From: Pavona decussata | Lineage: Eukaryota | Direction: 5' to 3' | NCBI GenBank assembly: GCA_977016875.1 | Contig: CDRNST010000120.1 | Coordinates: 1,550,001 to 1,614,000, forward strand | Length of the DNA stretch: 64,000 bases | Shown: piece by piece, positions 10,401 to 22,720 of the stretch | How positions within the stretch are numbered: the stretch's first letter is position 1 | How the letters are laid out: each line of letters opens with the position of its first letter | The notes under the pieces: generated by a model | Databases searched by the model: none | What the model saw: only the letters and a program-made list of their open reading frames with translations | What the model was told of the DNA's origin: nothing | Made by a program: the position numbers and the translations under genes

Positions 10401-13400
10401 TATAATGTTGGCCTTGGTCAAAAAATGGCACCTCGGCTAATCAAAGAAATCAACTTCAGCTGTTTCATATTATTATTTCTGGCTTTTCTCTGGAAAACCT
10501 GTAAGGATTTGTGGCTGAAGGATCTTTTCTAATTTTGTGTTGTCAATGAGCTTGATTTGTATCTATAACAATTAATTTTTATTGTTTTTTCTAAGCTTTA
10601 TTTATTTAGCAGGTAACACAAACTGGCGGCACACTCACAATCTAGCCAACCATCTCCCTGCCACTGGGTTGCGGAAACTCTGGCTCTGAGAAGGTCTGTG
10701 TTTCTGGCGTCCTCTACAATATTCCAACTGAGAATCCTGGAAGGTTTATTCTGATCGACTGATTTCTGAGGGGTGATGTGGACACTGGGAGATTCACTTT
10801 TGATTCACAAGAGGACATGACAACATGGAGGCAGGTGAGGGTTTGTTCCTTTGTCTTCTGGGTTTGATTCAGCTTTGGTTGGATACCACATTGCTAAGTT
10901 ATTGCGAGGGGAAGTTATTTTGGCCGAGATGCTTGTTTCACTTCCACTGTCATGGATGAAAAACGTAGGTGTTTAAGGGATGGGGCTATGGTTAGGCTAC
11001 TCTGATGGATGGTGATAGGGGGGGCATTAAGAGGCTGGGGACCCTGCACGCCCCTCTCTGTCGACTCACATGTAGCAATTCGGATTGAGCTGGAAGCCTT
11101 GTTGAGGGGATTCTTTGCTGTGTTGCTGCCTAATCAAGTTTTTCTGCACATTGAGCATTTTCTGCAGTCGCAAAATCCTTGCACTCCAAATTCTTAACTT
11201 CGAGCCAAAACATTTTCGTTTGTATAATGACCAAATTTTATGCCAAAAATTTATTGATCATTTCCTTAATTCGGATGAAAAATTATGAACTAAAATTTAC
11301 CAACCAAATTTTCTTTAATAATAAATAAAATAATAAATTGTTTGTCTCATAATGTAGTCACTTAAGTGGTAGAAGATTGTGATCTATAACTTAAGTAACA
11401 ACATCATGAGACAAACGATTGTTTATTTATTATTGTAACCCACTGATTAACAAAACACGTCACGTGGTAAAAAATTAGACAGTGTTTATCAGACAATAAC
11501 CACTGTCTGATTTTTTAGAAGAGAAAATCCAAAGAAAACATCACGGTTTTAGGTTTTAGAATTTTCAATCCAAACCAAAAACAATTAGTCAGCTAACGTT
11601 TATTTTCCTGCAGTCATGCTATGGCTAGCACTGGCTGTGTTTTTCTTTTTAAAGCGTACGTGTTTAAGGAATTAATGAGAGGATTATAGGATAAATAAAC
11701 CCCTTTCTGGTTTTCTGGTGTATTGATAATGCCCTCAGTTTAAAGATTGTCCTCAAAATGTCACAGTTGCCCCTGAAGCTTTGTTTCTGGGCCAACTGTT
11801 TACTTTTTTAGACAATCTTTCAGCCCTGGGCATTATATTTTAATTTTTTTAATATTCCCTAATATACCAGCTGCCTGATGGAGTTTATTTAGTAAAACTA
11901 TTATATTCTACCAACATGATCAAATTATTATCTTTTTCACAATTTTCCTATCTAAAACATCTTTCAGTTTTGCGGAAAATTTACATTTTGTCTCCAACAA
12001 TAATTCTTGTAGGAACACGATACTGTATTCATAAACCAATTTCTTGATGAATTTTGTTCAGATTCCAGGACCCCAGGTACACGATACATGAATCCTGCAC
12101 CTTTCAAGTGTTTGTGTTCATGTACAGTGTTTGGGCTGCCTGTGATCAGATGAAATTGACAGGGAAATGCACTATGACGTTATGTGACATATCAATTTAA
12201 AGAATTCAATTGGTCCTACCTTGGTTCTTTATTTTTCATTCCAAAAACAAAACAAAATGCTCATAGATGTACTGTTGTCTAATGATGTCACAGTTCAAAT
12301 CTCTTTCTCAAATCATTAACAATTCATGAAACAAAAGGAAATCATTACCGTGAAGGCGGTTTGGGAAATGTGATCTAAATTATCATAAATTTTTAGCAAA
12401 CTTTCTCTTTGAATTTCTCTAAGAATTATTGATGGTTTGAGAAGCTATGTCAAACACTCGAAAGACTTTCATCCGATTTCCAAACACCTCGAAGTTGGTC
12501 TAAAAAAAACTCGGCTTGGCCTCGTTTTTTCAAGCCACTTCTTGGGTTTGGAAATCGGATGAAACTCTTCCTTTGTTTGATATATGATTCCAAAAAATTG
12601 ATTTGCAATAAGTTAGGCTAGCCTAACTTTTCATTCTTTTAAAATAAATTGGCTAAGGAAATCGTAACAAGAAATTTCTTTACACGGCCCACACTAAATT
12701 ATGCATGCTTACAAATTTTGTTTACAAAAATGCATTCAAAAGCATGACAGCTTTCATAACGTTTTTTGACTTTGAATGCCCTTAACCGTTTCATAACCAC
12801 GAATTCTAGGTTCAAGAAACAAAAAAGACTTGAATTGAAAACAAAAAACTGTAAGTACCATACGGCCAACCATTTTGAATTCTTCGATTGCTTTTCATCA
12901 CCGCAACTTAGCATAATATTGCACGTGCTTTTATGTCATCCGAAGCTGTGTATAATTAATTCATTTCGCCATTTCGAAGTTCACTCTTAAAATTGTCAAA
13001 ATGCTGTTATTTGCCTTTTGTTTCACACTCAATGTTGAGACGACACTCAAATAAACCGAATATTACCGCAGGCTAGCGAACATCAAAATTTAACCAGAAA
13101 TTTAGGTCTGCTTTCTTTACAATTTAGCACTTTCACACATTAAAATTTTTTTCTGCTTGGATTTTGCGACTAAATGGCGGGATTAGGGGCGGCAAATTTT
13201 GCTTTTGGCAGCTTCATAGAAAGAACTACCCTCCACGAGACTTTATGGTGCTCTTTGATTTGCTGTATGACAAGGTGCGGCCGGGGAAATGGTAGACGGC
13301 ACGCTGAACCGGTCTCGTCCTCCTCCTCTTATGATGAAATGCCGACCTTGCTCTTGAACAGCGACGCTTATTTTTTTCATCCAAGACAGTGGAAGATCTA

Positions 13401-13896
13401 AAGCCAAACATTGAATTTGGGAAAAATTTTATTTTACCGAATAGCCAAATTATGAAACAAGCATATACCAACCACTTTGAAACTGATTGGCACTTAAACA
13501 AAAATTTAGGAATTGTGGTATCCAGGCAAAGTTGGATTGGACTGTAGAGGGCAGGGAAACAAACCCTCACCAGCCTCCATGTTGCCATGTCCACTTGCCG
13601 ATCATTAAGGAATCTCCCAGTGTCCACATCACCCCTTAGAAATTATGAGATCAGATAAAACTTGACAGGATTTCAAAGTTGGAATATTTAATGAGGACAA
13701 AAGAACACAGAACAACTTAGCCCAGAGTGGAAGCAACCCAAAAGGCAAGGGGGTGGGTGGCTAGATATTTTTTTTAATTCATTTTTTTTTTTTTTTACAA
13801 CTTTGTCATTGATAAACAAAATAAACCTTTTTTCACTGCAAACTTAGTGTGTGTTGTTTTTGTCTGCGACAATAATAGTGAACCAAGCAAAGTTAA

Positions 13897-14657
13897 GATT
13901 ACACTAAACCTTTTTGGCCATGTTGCGCGCAAAGACCCGTAAGTGCTTAGCTTTTAGAGTAAAGTGTCCAAAGCTATACATCATCAAAGCTTAAAGAATG
14001 ATCAAAAGTAAGAAATCAAACTTCTTTAACACAAAAACTGTACCCACTACAAGACCTTAAGTGCAAATTTACTGAGGGTTTTAAACATGAACTACCCACG
14101 CGACCACTTCACTCTACTGAACATCTAGTGGTTGCAAAATGTTTAGGAGGTATTGGCCTCTAAAACCGTGTCTGGGATTTTTTGAGTCTGCTTTTGTTTT
14201 GAATTTACAAGCTCAGACGCAAAAAAATGGCGGACAGAAATCACAAATCAAACTTCAAGTCACTTTTACTTTATTTTGAAAACAGCTGTCAAAAATACCT
14301 GACAGAGTTTTCAAAACAAAGTAAAAGCTACTTGAAGTTTGATTATTGATTTCTGACTGCCATTTTTTGCATTTGAAGTTATAATTTCAAAACTAAAACA
14401 AACTCCAAAAATCCCTGACATTGTTTTAGTGGCCAATACCTGCCACATCTTGCAATCACCGGATGTTCAAGTTAAGTGAAATGGTTGTGCAGTTAATTCA
14501 CATTTATATACCTCAATAAATTTGCACTTAAGGTCCTGTACTTACATTTCTCCATTCTTTTAGCTTTAAAATGATGTACAGCTTTGGATACTTTACTCTA
14601 AAGCTGAGCGCTTGCGGGTCTTTGTACGTAACACAGCCAAAAAGGTTTAGTATAACT
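13897..14657. mobile_element. Foldback MITE with TTAA target site (Kolobok/piggyBac-type TSD)
   Basis: Near end-to-end palindrome centred at ~14293. TTAA at 13893-13896 and 14658-14661. Confidence 0.85.
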
Positions 14658-14661
14658 TTAA

Positions 14662-14864
14662 GTGTCTATGGCCCATGACTATTTGTTTACTTGACATCTC
14701 CACAATGTGTAGACAAGTGTCCCCCTAAATTGAAAGGCTCAGTGCATAACAAATGAAAGCTATACTGAATCGTCAAAAAGCATCAGAATCAGACATGTTT
14801 GGGACACTTGCCTGCACATCATAGAAATATTAAGAAAAAGAATAGCCCTAGGACACGAAGACAC
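14662..14864. mobile_element. MITE with TTAA target site, sharing a TTAA with the previous element
   Basis: TTAA-GTGTCT...AGACAC-TTAA, with ~60-bp imperfect TIRs containing CAAGTGTCCC/GGGACACTTG. Confidence 0.8.
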
Positions 14865-14927
14865 TTAAAAGCTCTTGGGATGGCTACATAAACATCAATG
14901 CTGGACTTATGCTAACAAGAGACATTC

Positions 14928-15056
14928 TGGCTCCAATTGTTCAAAGAGTGGATAACTTTATCTGTCTAGCAGATAAAATGTACTCCAACTAACACATTTT
15001 ATCCACTGGATAGCAACTTTTCTGCTTGATAATGTTATCCACTCTTTGAACAACTG
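14928..15056. mobile_element. Short palindromic MITE
   Basis: TTGTTCAAAGAGTGGATAAC ... GTTATCCACTCTTTGAACAA. Confidence 0.75.
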
Positions 15057-18000
15057 TGACTAGGTCTTCATGTCTGATGTAAGCATGTTACAGCCTGCAA
15101 TGATTACATAACCAGCCCCATTTTAATAAAGAGCAGATTGATAAAATTAATCTTACCAAAAGACAGCCTTACATCAAAATTGATTAATAAAAATCTGTTT
15201 TGTCTGTCTTGATCTAAAACTGCCAAGCACTTTGATTTCAGTTGAAATACTTTTGTCTTCATCCAAACAACATTTCCCAGCTGAGGATTTCCACTATTTC
15301 TTTTGCCTGTTTCCATGGCAATAGTGTGATCTATACAGAGTCCTTAGATATTTTGCATGTGATAAAGTGATTTCCTGAATTTTTACCACAACAATTGTAA
15401 AAAAAAATACTTCATTCAAATTCTCTACACATCCTGCTCATGATTTGATAAGACCTTCACTAATTCTGAATGGATTGCATTTCAAAATTAATGTTAAACT
15501 GAATATTGTTGTCATCCAACGAAAGCCTCAATTGAGATAACAAAAGTCCAAATTTTCCAGTATTCTTATTCATTCCCTTATATTATAAAACTACCAATGG
15601 TCAATTTGTTTGGGTTCCATGTGTCAACAACTTATACAATCAGAAGACTTCTGAGTTCAAGAAAATTCGCTCACAAGTCCAAGTCATCACCACAATTAAT
15701 TCTTCCTGGAGTTTATCACTCAGCTTAAATTTTTCCAAAGCTTTTGTCCAACTGAGTCTTTCTGGCATTTTGGTCCCAGAATTGTTGAAAGAACAGCGAG
15801 TCAGTTTACTTCTTGTTTATAAGGATTGACAAGTTTGGTTTCATCTTTTGACTTTTTATTAGGGGAGACCTTTGCCAAAAGTGTTTGATTTTTAAGGTCA
15901 GGTAGCAGCGAAAAATGCTAAAAAAGAAAGAAATTTTGCAAAGTAAAATATAATCTTTGCTTCATTACCAACAGTCTCTTTGCTTTTGTTGTGGTTTTAT
16001 CCTGTGAAATGATTTGTGGCAGCATAATAAAAAAATGTACTAGGAATCAATCAATATTTGTTATTTTACATGAGGTCAAAGGTGGACAGTTATAATATTC
16101 ATTTTAACGGTAGAAGTGAAAAACAAAAAATAATACAACCTGTTCTGGAAAAATTGTTTTGGTCCGTTTGGGTCAAAATATCAATCTGCTCTTTATTAAA
16201 ATAAACATACATAAGCCAAGTAAAGTTCTGCTTGTCTAGAGTACACCCAAGTTTACTTAAATCCCCCATACGGTTTAAATGTCTTTTTCAATAATATTAT
16301 TATTTGTATAGTGATTGGCATGATGATGTCATGTTTCTACCATGATTAAATATCCTAAAGTGTGATACAGCTTTGTGATGTGCGTTAAGTTGATTGGTTT
16401 AGGTTGACTTCGGCAGAAGACTGTGATGCTATATTTTCAATAATTCCAATGGATGGAAAATCCAGCAATCTTTCTATTAATCCTTCATCATCCATGCAAA
16501 ACAATCATTGTGCTGTGTCAGCATCTTTTGTTTCTGAGAGTTTACTATCTGTGCATGTAAAGCATCTATGTTGTCTTGAGAAGTAAAACAGTTTTCAGAG
16601 TGACAAAGCATATGTTTGTGTAAGTTTAAGTTCTGGAAAATTGTAACGCCACTTTCAAGTAATCAGAGCCTATTGTACAAATTTTTAATGTATGTGAACT
16701 TGAAACTTGACTTCCTCTTTTCCCTTTAAAATGCTTGATATTTGTTGGTGAAAAACCTTTTTATTTCTTGTGCCTGCAGTTCAATTGGTGACCTTTATGG
16801 AAACTAAGATTGTTGTGAAGAACATCAATTTGGCCATCTTTCAAGTTTCATGCTAAGATGTTTCTTTTTAAATTTGCAATCCAAAAATTAAAGAGTTAGA
16901 AAGCATATTCAAACAGTTATTCTGTACTTTTCCTTGAAAGTTGATAATTTTTGGCAGTTCTGGGACATTCAAATCACAGTGGTTGGCAGTATCATTCTTA
17001 ACTTTTGCATACCAAAATTTTAATAAACGCCTCTACAGCTGAATGTCTTCAGAATTCTAAAATTAAAAACACTAACAAAGAAAAAGTTGATCTTTTGTCT
17101 GATGATTGGATGCAGACATGGGACAGCAGAAGTTTAGTTGGAGATATGCAGCTACAAAGAAAGTGTTTGATTACAAATCACCATTCTCACAGCACAAATT
17201 AAGCATGAAATATCACAAAACAAAAGTAATGTCAAGTTTTCCCTGTGCCCCCTACAACCTTGCATCCAAGTTGAATGGTCAGTAGACAAATAAATTACAG
17301 TCTAGACTGTAAAAACTTTCAGACGAACTGTGTTCCGTAGCTGGGAGATTTACATGTAATCATGCACTTTCTTTGTAAATATAGCTGCATGCCTAAACTA
17401 AAAGGAGAAGAGTTGTTAGTATCAAATCCAAACATCACTGTTTGAAATTTTGTTGTTCGTCCATCACTCAGTTGACCAAAACTCAATTCCAATTTATTGT
17501 TCAAATAAAAGTTGTCCAACCCATAATACATGTAAATTTATGCAATTTACGCTGCTGAGATAGCATTACAAAATTTGTACTGCAATCTCAATGTGCTTGC
17601 ACATTTCACAACACTTCTCCTTTTAATGCTTGGTTCACTATTATGACAGAACAAAACAAAAGATTATCTACACTGTCTAGTTGGTCATCACTTGAGCAGT
17701 GCACATCTTTCATCATCTCATCATGCCTCTGATCCTGCAATACAAATATGCAGACATTAACAAATCAGGCCCACCAATAACTAAAATTTTACACAATTGT
17801 TTTATAGATAGCTAGACAATTTTTTTAGAAAAAAAAAAAAACCAAGGCCTACAAATGCTAGGGTTATGCTCCAAATGCCAAGACTATTCTACTGTCATAT
17901 TACAGAAGAGTGAAACTCGCACAAGTTGAAATTCCGTACATAAACTCCTTTAACCCCTCAAATGTGTCAATCAAAAAAATCTAATGCAGATTTACGATAT

Positions 18001-21000
18001 GGTCAGGTTACAGCAGTTTTATTTTTCACATGCCCTTGTTTCCAAAAAACGTTAAAAATTAATGCCAACTCTAATGCATTGTTGTTGTATGCCATGCCCA
18101 TGCTGTTGCCATTCTATCATGCTCTTGGAACAACAAATCACCAGCTGTCCAGTTTCCAAAGCACATCTGTGTCCTTACTTTTCATTAAAAATTAAAAAAA
18201 AATTGGCTTATTGCTTCACCATATTTAAAAATATAGATATACATTTTTTAATTTTAATGGGTGCACCTAAATTAACTACTTTTGAGTAATTTTGATCTGA
18301 AAATCTTAAAAATTAATGGCCATGGATTGTAAGAGAGTAATGTTTGAAACTGGCATTGGAAAATTATTCATACTCTGGTCTGAAATTGGGTCAGGATTTG
18401 TAGAACAGGTGGACCGAACATCCCCTCCCCATCACCAAACATTGCGAGCAGTACCCCCCCCCCCTCCCCCGGAACTTCTCATTGTATCTTCCCTGCGAAA
18501 CCCCGCGAATATTCAAACTTGGCGCTTACAAAGTTAATTAAGACTTACCCTTAAAAAAAAGGTTACAACTTTCATGTAGGAGTCAATTTATCAAACTCTG
18601 TCGTTACGTAGAGCTTTGAACCCGTAAATGACACGTTATTTCAACTTTTAAGAAGACCTACCTTCGCGATGTTTTCCCGCTGAAGCTGAGTCAGGTTGCT
18701 TTCAAACACAATCTTAGAACTCCGCAAACACCTGAAAAACGGCAAATGTGGTTTCTTTATCACATTTTGAACGCGTCTAAAACTTAAACCAAAGTAATAA
18801 CGAAGTAAAAACGCAAAATTTTTCGACAAAAATACCTTCAAATTAGGAGATGTGAAAGCTTGCGGCCACGTTTGGTTTATGGGGCTGCAATGCCTTTTGG
18901 GTCAACAAAATTTAACACGTGATGACTCCACGTGGCAAACTCGTGACAAAACTCATTCCCAGGCCAAGTGAGTAGGCTTATTCAGGAGGCAATTATGGCT
19001 CCTGATTCAGATTTACCGATAGAATCGGTTCCTCTGCCAACAAATCTGTAAATTACTTTTTTCAAGCAGGTGGACCATCACTACCAGTCTGAGTTTTCTT
19101 GAGGCCATCGGAATGGGGGTAGGAGGGGAGGAAGAACCGGCCCAGAATCCTTTATGTGTGGCACTCGATAACAACACTCTGGGAGGTCATTGCATTGAAC
19201 ACCCTGCTAGCAGAGCCTTCTGGATTTTTTCAGATGGGGAGTCAAGAGAGGTTTTGATTACAGGGTGCAATGCAGTTTTATGTATAGACTTCTGGCCATT
19301 AATTCAAGGAATAAGACAGACAGCCAATCCGAACTGTCCTTACTAATAATTCCCTCTGATCCACTTTTCCCCCGCCCCTCCCCTCCCTTCCCCACGCCAG
19401 AGGAGAGAGCAGACCGCGTGAAATAATGTCGATAATGGTGACTTTGAAGATGAAGATCAGGTTACGCCAAAACGTGATAAACAGGCACTCCTTAATGGAG
19501 CCCCAACGACTCGCCATGGATTAAGCAACAAACAAGAATGTAACGAAAGAAGAAAAGTAAGTATGCCGTAATATTGTTTAGTTTCTATTTCTTTTTCAAC
19601 AAATTATAACATTTATCGAGTCTGCCAATGGCAATATTTACAATGTAGAATAAAACGTTTACTGTTTTCATTTGAAAGTTCTTTTTTATCTCTGTCCGAA
19701 AATGTTCTGAGTTTCTTTTAGCTACATATTTATAGTCTTTCGGGATTCACTGCGCATATAAATTACTCTAAGGTTATGTGAACGTTTTCTTTCACATATA
19801 TTAGTTATTTGTGTATTAATTAGCTTCCAATTTGTCGATAAATCTTGTGTTATTTGAGCCGAACACATTGCAAAAGTTCTCTGATTTTCTCAGAGGGAAG
19901 CGTTGCGAGTCCGAGCTTGAGGCTTGGCATGGTGAATGTTTAATAGCTGTAAGTTAAGGCTGTAAAGTAAAATTATCGAAAACGGAAGTACCAGGAGCAC
20001 TTTTGTGCCGTTAAATATTACCTATATTTCGCCGCTATTTTTAGCGCTCTACAAAGGTGGTTTTAAAGTGTCCGCTAGCATGCATCACAAAATGAATAGA
20101 TTTGAAAAATGTTTAGTAGTGGATAATAAACAAAAATAGTTGTTTATAGTGTAAATCAGCGTATGTTTTAGCTGATGCCTAAAAATTCTAAAACTTCAAT
20201 GTTCAATATTAAAAGTACGATAATATTTAGCTTTATTACTCTATTATTTTCACTCCTCGCTGCAAGCCTTAATATGTATTCACTTTCTTGTATTACATCT
20301 TTTTCTTTGTAGAAACTGAGTTCTTAGTCATTTTCAGTAATTTAACTTTTCAATTGGGGAAAACAACACCTCTGGAGACTTATCTTTAAAAAATACTTAC
20401 GGCTTCCTTTAGAAGGTGTTTCAGCTGTGAAATTGGAAAATGATACAGCCGATCTTTAATGAACGTTTGTTTTAGGCTCTTGCTCGTTCGCACCTTGAGG
20501 CCGAGCTTCGCATAACAACAACATAACAATTGGCTTAGCGAACCTCATTAAAATCCAACTTAACTCGCACACTTTAACATCTTTACAGTGTAAGTTCTGC
20601 GCTGCCAACTCAATCATTTTCAATTGAGTTTTTACTTAAACTAAAATCTGTTTCGACAGGATTTTAGTAAAACTTGGTTACTTTCAGGATTTGAATTACG
20701 CTATTGGAATTCAGCCATTCAGGTATCTTAGGTTTTTCAAATTTTTGCACGAACAAAGAAACCTTACCTAATTTGTTATTCCTTTCGCTATCCGGCTCAT
20801 CACAGCTGAGTACACCTACTTTTCGCATAACAATAATGTTTATTTTTTAGGAAAAACCAATTAACTTTAACGTTCAACATAAATAGAGCTGCTTTGTAAA
20901 CCATAATCAGTAGTACAAGAAGTAGATACTTGATCGCTTGATCCTGAGCTGTTAGAACTCTTATCGCTGAATAAAACAAGTGGGACATCACTCCTTGTGA

Positions 21001-21124
21001 CAATAGTTTGTGTAAAGTTTGACTTCAACTGAAGTTATTTTAAGCATTTGATAGTGCTTCGTTCTCGCACCTTATTTTGAACCTTCAGTAGGCCGAAAAA
21101 CCACACTTCTACTATCATCAGCCG

Positions 21125-22160
21125 CCACTTGCCTACGACACACTGTTACGCGGGTGATACTCAGTTATATCTTGCGTTTCAACCTAATGACAATGCTGTC
21201 CAAGACTCCGCAATGAAAGCAATGGAGGCGTGTTTACAGGACATTCTCAATTGGATGATTAGGGACAGACTCATGATCAATGATGACAGAACCGAATTCA
21301 TGATCATTGGTACGAAGGTGCAATTACGAAAGATCCACCAGAACAGCCTGATCGTGGGTGAATGTGAGGTGTTTCCCAGTGATGAAGCGATACGGAACTT
21401 AGGGGTGTGGATAGATAATTCTTTTACTTTGAGCGCTCATATCACAAAGATTTGCAAAGGCGCATTCTACCACCTACATAACATCAGGCGTATCAGAAAA
21501 AATTAAACAGGGACTCAACTGAGAAATTAATCCACGCATTTGTAACTAGCAGACTGGACGATTGTAATGGAATTTTATACGGACTACCTAGCAATTTAAT
21601 ATCTAAGCTACAGCATGTCCAAAATGCGGCGGCAAGATTACTATACCGTGCACCTCGGTATTGCCATATAACACCATTGCTACGTGAATTACATTGGCTT
21701 CCAGTGAGGTCCAGAATTGACTATAAGATTCAAGCAATCTATGGGACAGCTCCTAAGTATATATCGGATTTAGTAACTTTAAGACCCAATTCTGAATATA
21801 GTCTTAGATCTAATGACAAGTTTCTCCTATCGCCACCCATGATCAAGACCTCACCTACACTTGGCGATAGAACATTTATAGCTCTTCCTTATGGCGTCAG
21901 AAGCACGTCGAACTTTAGTACTTTTAAACAGAAGCTTAAAACCACACTTTTTATTCAAGCGTACGAATAAAGCTCTGATATATTTTATACACATACGTTA
22001 GGTTAGTTAGTTTAATTTATATGTAAATTCGGATTTGATTTTCCTATTGTTATTATTCATTAGTATTATATACAGTTCATATTTGTGAGGTGCATCTGAA
22101 AACTGTACAGTTGAATTTGCGCCATATAAAAATAAATATTATTATTATTATTATTATTAC
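21125..22160 (+). pseudogene. 5'-truncated L2-type LINE 3' end with (TTA)n tail
   Basis: HCYAGDTQLY (decayed YADD), RNLGVWID, LRELHWLPVRSRIDYK, frameshifts, then AATAAA and (ATT)n at ~22131-22160. Confidence 0.9.
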
Positions 22161-22333
22161 TTTGACGGCATTTTCAAATTTTTGCGAATCTCTCAAAATT
22201 AAAAATTCGCTGGAACTTTTAAATAGAATTTTTGAAAATAGTTCACCAAAGGGTATTTTTGGACCGAATATGAGCGTTTCGCCAAATTGGTCGTTGACGG
22301 CGAATTCTCGATCCTTACAGGCAGCCGCTATAA

Positions 22334-22720
22334 AGGGACAGTATCACGCTATTTTTAGTAACACATTAAAATCGGAAAGACGCTTTTCGGTTGATAGCAG
22401 CCAAGATATAATGACAAAATTCCATTAAAAGACTATCAGACAAAGAAACTATCCACGGATATTTTCGCCGGCAGATGACCAAGATAGAGAGGGGTTCAAA
22501 TTTGAAAACGTCTGGCGGACGTTTTCAAATTTTGCTGTTGTAACGCACTAAAAATCGCCGGTTGTACTATATTTTGGTTCAACCTTTCGTCTTAGAATCA
22601 CTATTAATATTTCTTTAAATTAGCGATTAAGAAATTAATTAACAGTGTTCAAAGTTTAAATTTAGTGAATTTTGGCCAAATATCATGATATCTCCCATCG
22701 ATCTCCATGATACTGCCCCT
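22334..22720. mobile_element. Kolobok-like MITE just upstream of ERMP1
   Basis: ATAA-AGGGACAGTATCA ... TGATACTGCCCCT-TTAA. Related termini at 53105-53561 and 60592-60893. Confidence 0.75.

Larger units (their letters stand above)
7519..17660 (+). ncRNA. Candidate very large structured non-coding RNA (array of long imperfect hairpins); boundaries uncertain, may span ~4.8-18.2 kb
   Basis: At least 12 inverted-repeat domains, including perfect helices of 27 bp (10769-10795/13610-13636), 24 bp (15120-15143/16179-16202), 18 bp (13872-13889/17627-17644) and 17 bp (10031-10047/10234-10250). Mismatches are mostly G-U on the + strand. No credible ORF. Confidence 0.55.

Noticed and set aside
10612-11197. 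Protein-coding reading of the long inverted arms (including ORFs 11009-11197, 13174-13401 and 13226-13627)
   Set aside because: Stops and frame-breaking indels between the arms, no recognisable domain, and a substitution pattern that fits base pairing rather than codons
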